IMG/VR virus record: IMGVR_UViG_3300050119_000091
Coordinates: 2,780-66,779 of that record
DNA from: a virus
Length of the DNA: 64,000 nt
Reading direction: 5' to 3' (one strand)
Shown here: one piece after another, positions 7,417-15,771 of the stretch
How the letters are laid out: every line of letters begins with the position of its first letter
Numbering within the stretch: position 1 is the stretch's first letter
The notes under the pieces: model-generated
What the model was told of the DNA's origin: nothing
The model's database searches: none
Seen by the model: only the letters and a program-made list of their open reading frames with translations
Position numbers and translations under genes: made by a program

Positions 7417-9383
7417 ACAGGCACCTCCATCGGCATTTGATGATCGTAGTTTGCGGATTTATTTGCGCGTTGCGCCAACTGCTCGACCCGCATAGCCAGC
7501 GACATTTCCCGCTGCAATTCTTCGTATGCCGCTTCTTTTTCGCGAATCGCGCTCATGATCGCGCCTTCGGTTTCGGCCATGATGATATGGGCGTTGACCG
7601 CGCGGACCTGCCCGAAGCGCCAGCACCGACGGATAGCTTGGAACATAGACTCGAAGGAATAATTCATTCCCACGAAGATCATATTGCGGCAATGCTGGAA
7701 ATTTAAGCCCCATCCGGCTACAGATGGCTTTGTCAGCAGAATCGGCCTGTCACCACGAAGCCATGCCACGATTCTTCGTTCTTTTTCGTCCGGCGACATG
7801 CTCCCGTCAATCGAGATACAGTCATCGCCGAGTGCCTTACGCATCGGCTCCTGCTCGTAGTTTGTGTTGCACCAAATGATCCAACTTTCCCTCAAGGTAG
7901 GCGATTGTTCTGCGCAGCAGGGCGACGTCGTTTTTGAATTTTCCGATCCCCATATTGCAGTTGGAGCATAGTATGCCTCTGAGCTTTCCCGTTGCGTGGC
8001 AATGGTCGATGTGCGGGAAGATTCGAGGATTTCCGATGTCTGAAAATCCGCAGATTGCACATTTTCTTCCGTGGGCGTCAAACCATTCACTGAATAACTC
8101 GACGGTAAGTCCGTATTGTCTGAGGTCTTGGTTTTTTGCTTTTGTTGGGTTGTTTTTCGCCCATTCCTTGACTTTGGATTTGTGTGACTCACGATAGTCT
8201 GCGTCAGATCGGTATCTATCCCTTCTTGCAGCGTTAATTCTGGCTCGTTGTTCAGGTGTTCGCTTGCCCCATTTGGCCTCTTTGTTTTTTGCGTAGTACT
8301 CCCGCATGTAGATCCTGTTTTCTTCTGGGGTTCTGGCGTTTTTCTCCCAATTGGCCCGTAGTCGGGCGGCGTATTCTGGGTCGCTGGTAAATTTTCGGCG
8401 TCGATTCTCTTCGTATTCTCTTTTCCAGTTTGACATTCTGACAGTTTAACACTATTGGAGATTGAGTCCAAAATTAGACTAGCGGCCTTCTGTATCCTAT
8501 CCGTGGCCGTCAGCCGCAATTCTTTATGCAGCCCGGTGGCGCTCATGTCGGGGCACCTGAACAGCATTCCTTCTGTGTTTACGGAATGATCCACAGCGAC
8601 GATATGCTCCTGAAGATTGAGCGGCGGCAGCACATAGGCGCTGTCATTGTAGGGGCCGATGTCGGACGGCTTACTGACGCACACGCAGAACTGAGACAGA
8701 AACTCGAAGAACGGTTTCTTGCCGTGGCCCTTCAGCGACCACTTGGAAGTCTGTCCGCCGTTGTGTTCAAAAAACATAGCCAGCATTTGCGTTCGGCTCA
8801 TCACATCCAGAAGCTCCGCGTGCGTCCCAAGCTCCGCGTGTTCGTTTGGAGAAGGAGTGGCACTGGAACACAACTTGAATCGAGTTTTTGAAAGTCGCTC
8901 AATGAGTCCCTGAAACAGTTTCGAGTTGAAGTCCTTGATACACGAGGATTCATCGAGAGAAATACCCGCGAACCGTGACAGGTCCAGATTGTCAAGGCTG
9001 TCGTAGTTGGTGACGTTGATGCCGTATTTCACGTCCGAGTCTTTCCGGCAGAGTGTCACCTGAATTCCAAACTTATCCGCTTCGCGCATGAACTGCTGTG
9101 CGACCGCTAGCGGGGCCGCAATCAGGCAATCTCCGCCAGTGTGGATACAGACGTGACGACACCACTCAAGTTGTATCGGCCCTTTGCCAAGTCCCGTATT
9201 CGCAAACACTGCCGCTTTGCCGCGCTTGCAGGCCCACTGCACGATATCGGCCTGGAACTCGTGCTTCGGGTCCAGCATCATCGGATTAATGTCCAACCGC
9301 TTGATATCGAACCCGCACGGATTCGCGAAGATTCTCTTTGTTGCCAGGAACTCTTCGTATGTAGATGTCAAAATATTCCCCAT
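7395..9383 (-). CDS. SNF2-like/SF2 helicase carrying a ~190-aa in-frame insertion
   Basis: FANTGLGKG (Walker A), LDESS, SATPSPN, GWGLNFQHC, QAIRRCWRFGQ; likely start ATG 9383 (MGNILTSTYEEFL). Confidence 0.85.
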   Translation of the reverse strand: MGNILTSTYEEFLATKRIFANPCGFDIKRLDINPMMLDPKHEFQADIVQWACKRGKAAVFANTGLGKGPIQLEWCRHVCIHTGGDCLIAAPLAVAQQFMREADKFGIQVTLCRKDSDVKYGINVTNYDSLDNLDLSRFAGISLDESSCIKDFNSKLFQGLIERLSKTRFKLCSSATPSPNEHAELGTHAELLDVMSRTQMLAMFFEHNGGQTSKWSLKGHGKKPFFEFLSQFCVCVSKPSDIGPYNDSAYVLPPLNLQEHIVAVDHSVNTEGMLFRCPDMSATGLHKELRLTATDRIQKAASLILDSISNSVKLSECQTGKENTKRIDAENLPATQNTPPDYGPIGRKTPEPQKKTGSTCGSTTQKTKRPNGASEHLNNEPELTLQEGIDTDLTQTIVSHTNPKSRNGRKTTQQKQKTKTSDNTDLPSSYSVNGLTPTEENVQSADFQTSEILESSRTSTIATQRESSEAYYAPTAIWGSENSKTTSPCCAEQSPTLRESWIIWCNTNYEQEPMRKALGDDCISIDGSMSPDEKERRIVAWLRGDRPILLTKPSVAGWGLNFQHCRNMIFVGMNYSFESMFQAIRRCWRFGQVRAVNAHIIMAETEGAIMSAIREKEAAYEELQREMSLAMRVEQLAQRANKSANYDHQMPMEVPVWLTAQP
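7837..8436 (-). CDS. Endonuclease VII-family homing endonuclease nested out of frame inside the helicase gene
   Basis: YGLT..F....GRKCAICG..HIDHCHATGKLRGILCSNCNMGIGKFKND..LRRTIAYL. Confidence 0.9.
   Translation of the reverse strand: MSNWKREYEENRRRKFTSDPEYAARLRANWEKNARTPEENRIYMREYYAKNKEAKWGKRTPEQRARINAARRDRYRSDADYRESHKSKVKEWAKNNPTKAKNQDLRQYGLTVELFSEWFDAHGRKCAICGFSDIGNPRIFPHIDHCHATGKLRGILCSNCNMGIGKFKNDVALLRRTIAYLEGKLDHLVQHKLRAGADA
8443..8471 (-). promoter_or_regulatory. Putative extended -10 promoter giving a leaderless mRNA for the nested endonuclease
   Basis: TTGGAC-N17-TAAACT with TGn extension, 6 nt before ATG 8436; no SD. Confidence 0.55.
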
Positions 9384-10057
9384 TGATCCGCCATTGCGCT
9401 TGCGATTCCAGTGTAAGTACGGCTCCGCATTTTTGCCCTGTCCGGTCCGGGCGGCATGTGATGTATTCGGTTCCACTGATCGAGTTGAGCGCCCCTCAGT
9501 ACGCGCGTAGTGCGCCCGGTGAGGAAATGGGTGGGGTTGTCGCGCTTGCCTTTGGCGCTCATGTGGATACTGCCATCCGCGCGTACCGCCCATTCCGGAA
9601 CTACAATATCGGACGGCTCTAACTTCGGCAGATTAGTGAGCCACAGGCATGTTGTCTTTGTCTCGCCGTGACCGTGATGCCATGGTTGAATAATCTGATC
9701 CGGCCGGCGGATTCTGGAACTTATTATGGAAACAGGGTTCTCTATTGCAATGCGAGGAATCGGAGTGGCCATCAATGCGCGTACGAAATCCAGCGCAGCG
9801 CCCTGCTCTCCGCTGGCTACTTTTTCTTTGAACCACCGCGCGCCAGACACAGACAGATGCGTACATGGCGGATGCGCGATCATCAAATCCCATCGTGAAT
9901 CTTCACGCAATAATGTGAGTACGTCGTAGTGTATGTGACGCCCCGGAACGCTCGACAATGACGGCAACAGGTCGCAACTAAAGGCATCGTGGCCGCGCGC
10001 CAGAAATGCATCCCTCACTACTCCGGATTCTTCGCAGGCAATAAGTACGCGCATCAT
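9368..10057 (-). CDS. Short phage DNA cytosine methyltransferase-like protein
   Basis: RVLIACEESGVVRDAF, AHPPCTHL (PC), IENPVS (ENV-like), RSRTYTGIASAMADQWG. Confidence 0.85.
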   Translation of the reverse strand: MMRVLIACEESGVVRDAFLARGHDAFSCDLLPSLSSVPGRHIHYDVLTLLREDSRWDLMIAHPPCTHLSVSGARWFKEKVASGEQGAALDFVRALMATPIPRIAIENPVSIISSRIRRPDQIIQPWHHGHGETKTTCLWLTNLPKLEPSDIVVPEWAVRADGSIHMSAKGKRDNPTHFLTGRTTRVLRGAQLDQWNRIHHMPPGPDRAKMRSRTYTGIASAMADQWGIF

Positions 10058-10093
10058 TTAACCAGACTCAGAGATAAAGAAGCGGCCATGCGG

Positions 10094-10366
10094 TCATTGC
10101 CCGATCCGGTGGTTAATGCGGCGTGTTTCGCGAGCCAGAACCTCAAGGCGCGTATACAAATCCAAAATCATAGACTCCAGACTCACAACGACTGGCACGG
10201 CGGCCTGCGTCAACTCCAGTTGATCGCCCAACGCGGCCATACGGTACGTGGAAACCTGTAGTTCGACGGTAGCCAACTGCTTGCTCGCCGCCGCCGCGCG
10301 CTCTACTATCGTCAGGTTCCGTGGTACTGCTTTAGCGTTCGACTTTTTACTGCTCTTGTTGGTCAT
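10094..10366 (-). CDS. hypothetical coiled-coil protein
   Basis: AAGGA RBS before ATG (MTNKSSKK). Confidence 0.55.
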   Translation of the reverse strand: MTNKSSKKSNAKAVPRNLTIVERAAAASKQLATVELQVSTYRMAALGDQLELTQAAVPVVVSLESMILDLYTRLEVLARETRRINHRIGQ

Positions 10367-11141
10367 TTTTTGTCCTTTCAATTCCAAGACTCAGAGATAG
10401 AGGGTAATCCCGTTGATGTGGTTTTTGCCCATCAGTTTCATGCTTCCAGATTTTCCGCGTAGCCAGGAAAAGCGGGAACCTATCCGGCACTTCCGTAAAC
10501 TTCCACTTCTGGATTTTGTTGTATCGATAGCCCACCTGGAGGATTGCGAGCTTGACGCCCTTCGGCAGAAGCGGGTCCGCATGCTTGTACGCCGAAACCT
10601 GCATCTCCATTGACGGCCAGATTTGCGAACTGGTTTTTACGTCAATGAGCCATACCTGATCTCCGATGCGGACCAAAAGATCGACCGTCCCGGCGTAGCG
10701 GTGTTTCTCGTGCCAAACCGTGTATTCCGCGCGAATCAGTTCGGGGTTATGCTTCCGCCACCACTCCACGAACGTCATCAAACGCCAGTATTCATCGGCG
10801 GAGAGTTCTTCTTGCTCCCCTGTATTCGGGTTCGTAAACAAATCTTCCATTGCGACCGTCCCGCCATTCACGAGACGATTGACGCCTTGGTGTACCTTGT
10901 CGCCAGCTTCGCCGGCCGCTTCTTTTATTTCGTTCGCCTGTTCGTATCCGTGTTTCGCGACCCAGCGCGTCAACTCTTCTCCCTTATGGTAAAAAGAGCA
11001 AACCCATGAAACGGATGGCACGTAGTCCCATGTTTTGTTTTCGTCGCTCAGTTGTCGCGCGTAGAATCTGGAATCCGGGGTTGTTATCCTTGTCAGCCGC
11101 TGTCCATCTACCGTCACCACTTCTCGAATTTCCCGCTTCAT
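10347..11141 (-). CDS. PD-(D/E)XK exonuclease
   Basis: PSVSWV, GDKVH, YAGTVDLL..LIDVKTS, QVSAY. Confidence 0.85.
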   Translation of the reverse strand: MKREIREVVTVDGQRLTRITTPDSRFYARQLSDENKTWDYVPSVSWVCSFYHKGEELTRWVAKHGYEQANEIKEAAGEAGDKVHQGVNRLVNGGTVAMEDLFTNPNTGEQEELSADEYWRLMTFVEWWRKHNPELIRAEYTVWHEKHRYAGTVDLLVRIGDQVWLIDVKTSSQIWPSMEMQVSAYKHADPLLPKGVKLAILQVGYRYNKIQKWKFTEVPDRFPLFLATRKIWKHETDGQKPHQRDYPLSLSLGIERTKNDQQEQ

Positions 11142-11374
11142 CGAAGTTTCCCAAGTTTCTCAACGACAGAATCCGAAACTTTCCTTCGACCGTGGCGAAT
11201 GTCGCTCAGATACTGAACTGTGATTCCCATGCGCTTTGCCATGTCCCGCAACGATCCGTGGTACTGGTCGCAGAATGCCGATACACACTGCTGAAGAACG
11301 CCTTCGCAGAACACAACCGCGCCGCGCCGCGCCTTCAGGTCCGCCGCTACCGTTTCTATTTTTCTCAGCGTCAT
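11138..11374 (-). CDS. Xre/Cro-like HTH protein
   Basis: SLRDMAKRMGITVQYLSDIRHGRRKVSD; TTGACA-N18-TACACT promoter-like sequence upstream. Confidence 0.8.
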   Translation of the reverse strand: MTLRKIETVAADLKARRGAVVFCEGVLQQCVSAFCDQYHGSLRDMAKRMGITVQYLSDIRHGRRKVSDSVVEKLGKLR

Positions 11375-11417
11375 AGTTTCAAATGTCAGTGTAAGCGTAA
11401 ACTGTGTAACTTGTCAA

Positions 11418-11639
11418 CTAAATATCCCACGGCGGAGGTCCGGATTGATTCCTGATTTCCTCTTCACTGAACTGGGGTACGAATAGCGCGTAGGTTTTGT
11501 GCTTCTTGCGCTGGAGTTTGTCGTTCGTCCATTCGACTTCGGCCCCGCATCCCTGACACGTTGCCCGGATATATGCCGTGTCGAGCTTTTCAAACGACCA
11601 TCGATTCTCTAAACACTTCTTACATGGGCGCATTGCCAT
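11418..11639 (-). CDS. small Zn-ribbon protein
   Basis: CKKC...CQGCG; PPWDI end. Confidence 0.6.
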   Translation of the reverse strand: MAMRPCKKCLENRWSFEKLDTAYIRATCQGCGAEVEWTNDKLQRKKHKTYALFVPQFSEEEIRNQSGPPPWDI

Positions 11640-11640
11640 A

Positions 11641-12085
11641 CTGAAACTCTTTTTCAGTTTCCAGCGTTAACGCAGGTGGTGAACGCCTGAAGCGAAGACG
11701 CACGGAACCCTGCTCCCAGGAATCCGTGAACTGTCGATTTCGAGATACGCTGGCGGAGCCACGCACTTACGCTTCGACGGATGATTTCGATCTTCGGCAT
11801 CATCGGCCTGTCCGTATTCTGAAGAGACTGGAGTTTCACCGTAAGGGACTCTCTCCAACGCGATAACAACAAGTGGCTTTGAGTGGCTCTTAACATAACG
11901 CCACCCGCAAGCGGGCTTTCAGACCCGTGATTCCCTTGCGTCCCGAAATACCTCACGGCGTTTCGGCGGCTGCGTCCTGCTGTCCCGTGGACGCAATACC
12001 GCGACAAGACGAAGGTTTCCCGTTGGATCGGTTGTGCCGAATTGTTGGAAAGTTGCCATCTAGCATCGCGGGGTTTGACACCCAC
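11641..12085 (-). ncRNA. Candidate large structured ncRNA or leader
   Basis: No convincing ORF; dense nested stems; TGcTACACT extended -10 at 12092-12100. Confidence 0.4.
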
Positions 12086-12351
12086 GGAAGAAGTGTAGCA
12101 TACGTCCACCGGGACGCGGTATGCCAGCGCGTGTCAAAAATCCGTGTGCGTCAGATGGCCCGACTGAACACGAACCCCGATAGACTATTCATTTTACCGA
12201 ATCCACCGCCAGTAAGCAGCAGACGCATGTCCCATGAAAGCTGAAGTCTGCCAAACTAGCCATCCGTAAGCGACCTCAAGACGCTCAACCGGAAACCATC
12301 GGCCATTAACTAAAACCTCAACATCACTCGGTCCGCGATTGCATTTTCGCT

Positions 12352-12642
12352 TCACTGGCATTTCGTCACCCTGTATTCAAACAGTCCGTTAGCGTTTTCG
12401 CGCCTGCGGCGATCCACGCTCGCATTTGTTGGCGGCTTGCGAAAGTCCCGTAATCTGGCGGATATCGCAGCTTCTGAGTCCCGCCCGATAAGCGCATTCC
12501 GAATCTCAGGCAGGCTCCGCCATTTCCCATCGACCATAAGATTCCACACACGGCGGAATTGACTCGATAGCCGATGCTTGTCCAGATTGGGTTCGTACGT
12601 TTCTCCCGAGAAATTCAGACTACCTTGGAGTTCCTGAATCAT
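12352..12642 (-). CDS. winged-helix-like phage protein
   Basis: VWNLMVDGKWRSLPEI..SEAAISARLRDFRK..GLFEYR. Confidence 0.7.
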   Translation of the reverse strand: MIQELQGSLNFSGETYEPNLDKHRLSSQFRRVWNLMVDGKWRSLPEIRNALIGRDSEAAISARLRDFRKPPTNASVDRRRRENANGLFEYRVTKCQ

Positions 12643-12872
12643 TTCGGACCTTCCGGCAACGGCATCCAGTGAGACAGTTCGGATTCGCGCCATCCGTTTT
12701 TGTCTGAATAAAAAACATACTCCCGCTTCGTCGCGTTACTGAAGTGAACAATGAACGCCGTTTCCTCGATCCAGTCCCATACGAGAAAATCCGTGCCATC
12801 GTGCGGGGTTGTCGCTATCGGTTGCCACTCTCCAGTCACGCCGAAACCTCCGCATCCCGTTTCTGCATCCAC
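12639..12872 (-). CDS. DUF551-like protein
   Basis: WQPIATTPHDGT...SHWMPLPEGP; true start may be downstream. Confidence 0.75.
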   Translation of the reverse strand: MDAETGCGGFGVTGEWQPIATTPHDGTDFLVWDWIEETAFIVHFSNATKREYVFYSDKNGWRESELSHWMPLPEGPK

Positions 12873-13321
12873 AACGAATCAGGCTTGATGGTCCCAGTTA
12901 ATAAACCAAGCGTTGCGTAATCCGAAATCAAAACTTCTTTCGACCTGACAACCCAGTACGAGAAGAACGTTTTCTCGCCTTTCTGGAGTGCCTTTTGACC
13001 TGTCCGGTGCGCGCTGTCGCACATCGGCACGGCGGTTTCGTCCGGGGCTTTTTGGCCGCGCCCGCGATTTCCCAGATGAGCCGCTTCAATTCGGCGGCTG
13101 CACGTGTGGCGCGGATCTTCAGACAGAACGCATTCCAGGGAGCGAATCAGATCTAGGTGCGCTTCGTTTGGCGGTATCCCGCCTGATCGGACAATCTTCC
13201 GGCGCTTCGGCTTGAAAACCCCGCGCGCTATTCCGTTCCAGTTTGTAGTTCGCGGGGATGTCTTCACGGACGCCTCATTTCCGCAAGTGCCCGCTCCATC
13301 CGTGTCGAACCGAAACCTCAT
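12836..13321 (-). CDS. DUF968/Ref-like HNH-type protein
   Basis: HLDLIRSLEC..EAAH..GRGQKAPDETAVPMCDSAH; start uncertain. Confidence 0.65.
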   Translation of the reverse strand: MRFRFDTDGAGTCGNEASVKTSPRTTNWNGIARGVFKPKRRKIVRSGGIPPNEAHLDLIRSLECVLSEDPRHTCSRRIEAAHLGNRGRGQKAPDETAVPMCDSAHRTGQKALQKGEKTFFSYWVVRSKEVLISDYATLGLLTGTIKPDSLWMQKRDAEVSA

Positions 13322-13610
13322 CGAACTTTGCGAGGATTACGGATTCTGTGTTCGCCTGAAGCGCAGTAATCATCAAGTCTGCGAAGCAGATCACGTCCGC
13401 CAGTTCTTTCAGGAGTTCCGCCCGCTTTTCCGTTTGCGGCAGCTGGCCCTGTTTGACTCGAACGAAAACCTGATTCACTTCGCCAACTTCAGCCGCTAGG
13501 GCGTGCGCCCAATCGTCCAAGGTCCAGTCTTTCAATTCTTCGCGCCATACTTCCCGGCACCGCCGCGCGTTGACTTCCTGAAAGGCGTCGAATGTCATGC
13601 GTTGAGTCAT
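13275..13610 (-). CDS. MazG-like nucleotide pyrophosphohydrolase
   Basis: LAAEVGEV...KELADV EXXE motifs. Confidence 0.8.
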   Translation of the reverse strand: MTQRMTFDAFQEVNARRCREVWREELKDWTLDDWAHALAAEVGEVNQVFVRVKQGQLPQTEKRAELLKELADVICFADLMITALQANTESVILAKFDEVSVRHGWSGHLRK

Positions 13611-13873
13611 TCGTCACCCCGAATTTTTGCGGCTATGCAGTCACACCACCCGCGACCTTCGGCGGTTGCGTCGTAAGCCGTTTCCGCGATCTTCGCGCAC
13701 CGTTCGCGCTCAACCGCGATTGCCTGATTCACGTAGTGCATGGTGATATCAAACTGCGCAGACGCCTCAGAGAATTTCTCCGCTAGATATTTTTCAATCG
13801 TCGCGCTTGGATTTTCGCAAGGCTGACGGCTGTCAGCCACCGCAGGGGAAGAAATAAAATCGCTATCGCTCAC
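13607..13873 (-). CDS. hypothetical phage protein
   Basis: ERERCAKIAE..IAAKIR motif common in phages. Confidence 0.65.
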   Translation of the reverse strand: MSDSDFISSPAVADSRQPCENPSATIEKYLAEKFSEASAQFDITMHYVNQAIAVERERCAKIAETAYDATAEGRGWCDCIAAKIRGDE

Positions 13874-14118
13874 GGCTTTTCCTTCCGCGCATCGGCTTGT
13901 TTGATTAATGCTTCCAGCCTGGTTTCCAAAGTCATTTCGTGAACGGTCGCTGGAGTTTTTGGCGGATCAAGTTCCGGGCCGAGTGAGAATTCCACCAACC
14001 CACAAACAGACCGAATGGTTTTCTCGATCCACCGCGCAAATCCCAAGCCCTCGTGGCCCGCTGCGCCTTTCGCCGCCCGGTATGTTTCGTCTTGCACGGA
14101 TACGTTGATTTGCTTCAC
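13870..14118 (-). CDS. ribbon-helix-helix-like protein
   Basis: MKQINVSVQDETYRAAKGAA..G.GFARWI; TTGACA-N17-AATACT upstream. Confidence 0.6.
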   Translation of the reverse strand: MKQINVSVQDETYRAAKGAAGHEGLGFARWIEKTIRSVCGLVEFSLGPELDPPKTPATVHEMTLETRLEALIKQADARKEKP

Positions 14119-14232
14119 TTGCTTTTAAAGTATTTACCAGTTTTACCATCTTGTCAAGTGGTTATTTTCCCTGACGGTCTATTTTGGCTATCCAGCGGCC
14201 CCGTAGAATGCCGATTCTACCCACCTAGCGAC

Positions 14233-14421
14233 TCACTGGCGCGTCCGGGTGGCTTTCGCTGGCACATGGGGGGGGGAATCGGCCCCGGCGCGTTCTTGGG
14301 CTATTTGCGCGTCGATCTGACATAAAACCTCAAGCAAGGCCATCGCGGTTTCTTGCTTCCCGACTGATTCAGCCCCGCAAATGTGAACTTTCAGAATTAT
14401 TTTGCAATCTTCGACGGTCAC
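14233..14421 (-). CDS. hypothetical protein
   Basis: GTGA overlap with the dnaB stop. Confidence 0.5.
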   Translation of the reverse strand: MTVEDCKIILKVHICGAESVGKQETAMALLEVLCQIDAQIAQERAGADSPPHVPAKATRTRQ

Positions 14422-15764
14422 TGGATATCCTCCGCCGCTGATTCAAATCTGAGTTGGTTAGCAAGAAACACAAGCGGCACTTTCCCGGTTTGTCCGTCAC
14501 GCTGCTTGCCGATGATTAAATCTGCCACCCCGCGCAAGTCTTCGCGGTCGCGGCAATGCGCGTACATCTCCGGGCGGTGAACGAAAAGAACGAGGTCTGC
14601 GTTTTCTTCGATCTTTCCGCATTCCTTCAGGTCCGGGAGTCCTGGCTCACGGCGTTCTTCTTCGCACTTGCGGTTGAGTTGGGCCAGCACAACAAACGGA
14701 ACGTCCATATCGCGGGCGGCTCTTTGCAGAGCGTCCGCAATTCGGTTGTACTTGATTCGCTCTTCGCGCTCCGGGCCGTCGATCAGGTGGAAGTGATCTA
14801 TCACCACGAGGTCAATCACGTTTTTGGATTTCAGGTATCGCAGCGATGCCAGAATCGACGCTGCCGTTTTACCGCGCCTCTGTTTCGATTCGATGTGAAC
14901 CGGAAGTGTTTCAATGATCGACCTGGTTTCTACGAGCTTCGTCCGCTCGTTCAGATTCAGATATCCGAGTTTCATCCGGTGTGCGTCGATGCGACCCTCT
15001 TGCGCGACCTCGCGCCGCACAAGCGACGCCCCACTCATTTCGAGCGACACATAAGCTACGCCGAAATTCTGTTTCGCTGCGTGGGTCGCAATCTGCATTG
15101 CGATGGCAGATTTTCCCATCGACGGACGGGCGGCGATGATTGTCAGTTCGCCTTTTTGCATCCCGCATGTAATTTGCTGCACACGCGGCCACGGAAACGG
15201 AATCCCGGCGTAAGCACCGGCCGTCGATGGCGAAATAAGGGCCTGCCATCCCCCAGGAAACTCGCGAATGATATCCGTCGCTAACTTCCATTCGGGATCG
15301 TCACCGTTCGTGTCGATATCCTGCGCCGCCGATATCAGCGATGCGATTACGTCCGACGATTCTTCCTGGTCCGATAGAAATCGATTCATCGCCTGCTGGC
15401 AGAGTAAAGCGCCGCGCCGTCGCGCTGATTTTTCTCGGACCATCGAAACATACGAATCGAAATTCGGGAGAAGTGGCATCCCTTTTTCAAGTTCCAACAG
15501 GTGACTCAGCCATTCGTAATCCGAAGGGTCTGTTTCCCGGAGTCTATTGCAAACGGTTACGTGGTCGATTGCCGATTCCGATTCCGCCAAAAACTCCATC
15601 GTTTGCCAAATTCTCTTATGTCGATCCATCGCGAAATCATCGACTGTCAGCTTGTCCCGAACTTCCGAAAAGCAATCCAGTCCCCGCATTAGCAGTTGAG
15701 CCAACACCATACGCTCAGAATCTACGGCCTGTGGCAATCCTCGTTCGAGTTCTTCTGGGTTCAT
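14418..15764 (-). CDS. dnaB: Replicative DNA helicase DnaB
   Basis: LPQAVDSE, IIAARPSMGKS, SLEMS, VVIDHFHL, LAQLNR, DLKECGKIEENADLV, KQRDG. Confidence 0.95.
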   Translation of the reverse strand: MNPEELERGLPQAVDSERMVLAQLLMRGLDCFSEVRDKLTVDDFAMDRHKRIWQTMEFLAESESAIDHVTVCNRLRETDPSDYEWLSHLLELEKGMPLLPNFDSYVSMVREKSARRRGALLCQQAMNRFLSDQEESSDVIASLISAAQDIDTNGDDPEWKLATDIIREFPGGWQALISPSTAGAYAGIPFPWPRVQQITCGMQKGELTIIAARPSMGKSAIAMQIATHAAKQNFGVAYVSLEMSGASLVRREVAQEGRIDAHRMKLGYLNLNERTKLVETRSIIETLPVHIESKQRRGKTAASILASLRYLKSKNVIDLVVIDHFHLIDGPEREERIKYNRIADALQRAARDMDVPFVVLAQLNRKCEEERREPGLPDLKECGKIEENADLVLFVHRPEMYAHCRDREDLRGVADLIIGKQRDGQTGKVPLVFLANQLRFESAAEDIQ

Positions 15765-15771
15765 TTTCGAT

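Noticed and set aside
7886-8460. Intein or group I intron in the helicase
   Set aside because: No intein terminal motifs, the endonuclease is in another frame, and there is no space for an intron core
9384-9593. N-terminal extension of the helicase overlapping the C5 MTase
   Set aside because: Not protein-like; ATG 9383 gives a normal start
14268-14276. G9 homopolymer as a phase-variation switch
   Set aside because: Lies near the 3' end of a tiny hypothetical ORF; little predicted effect
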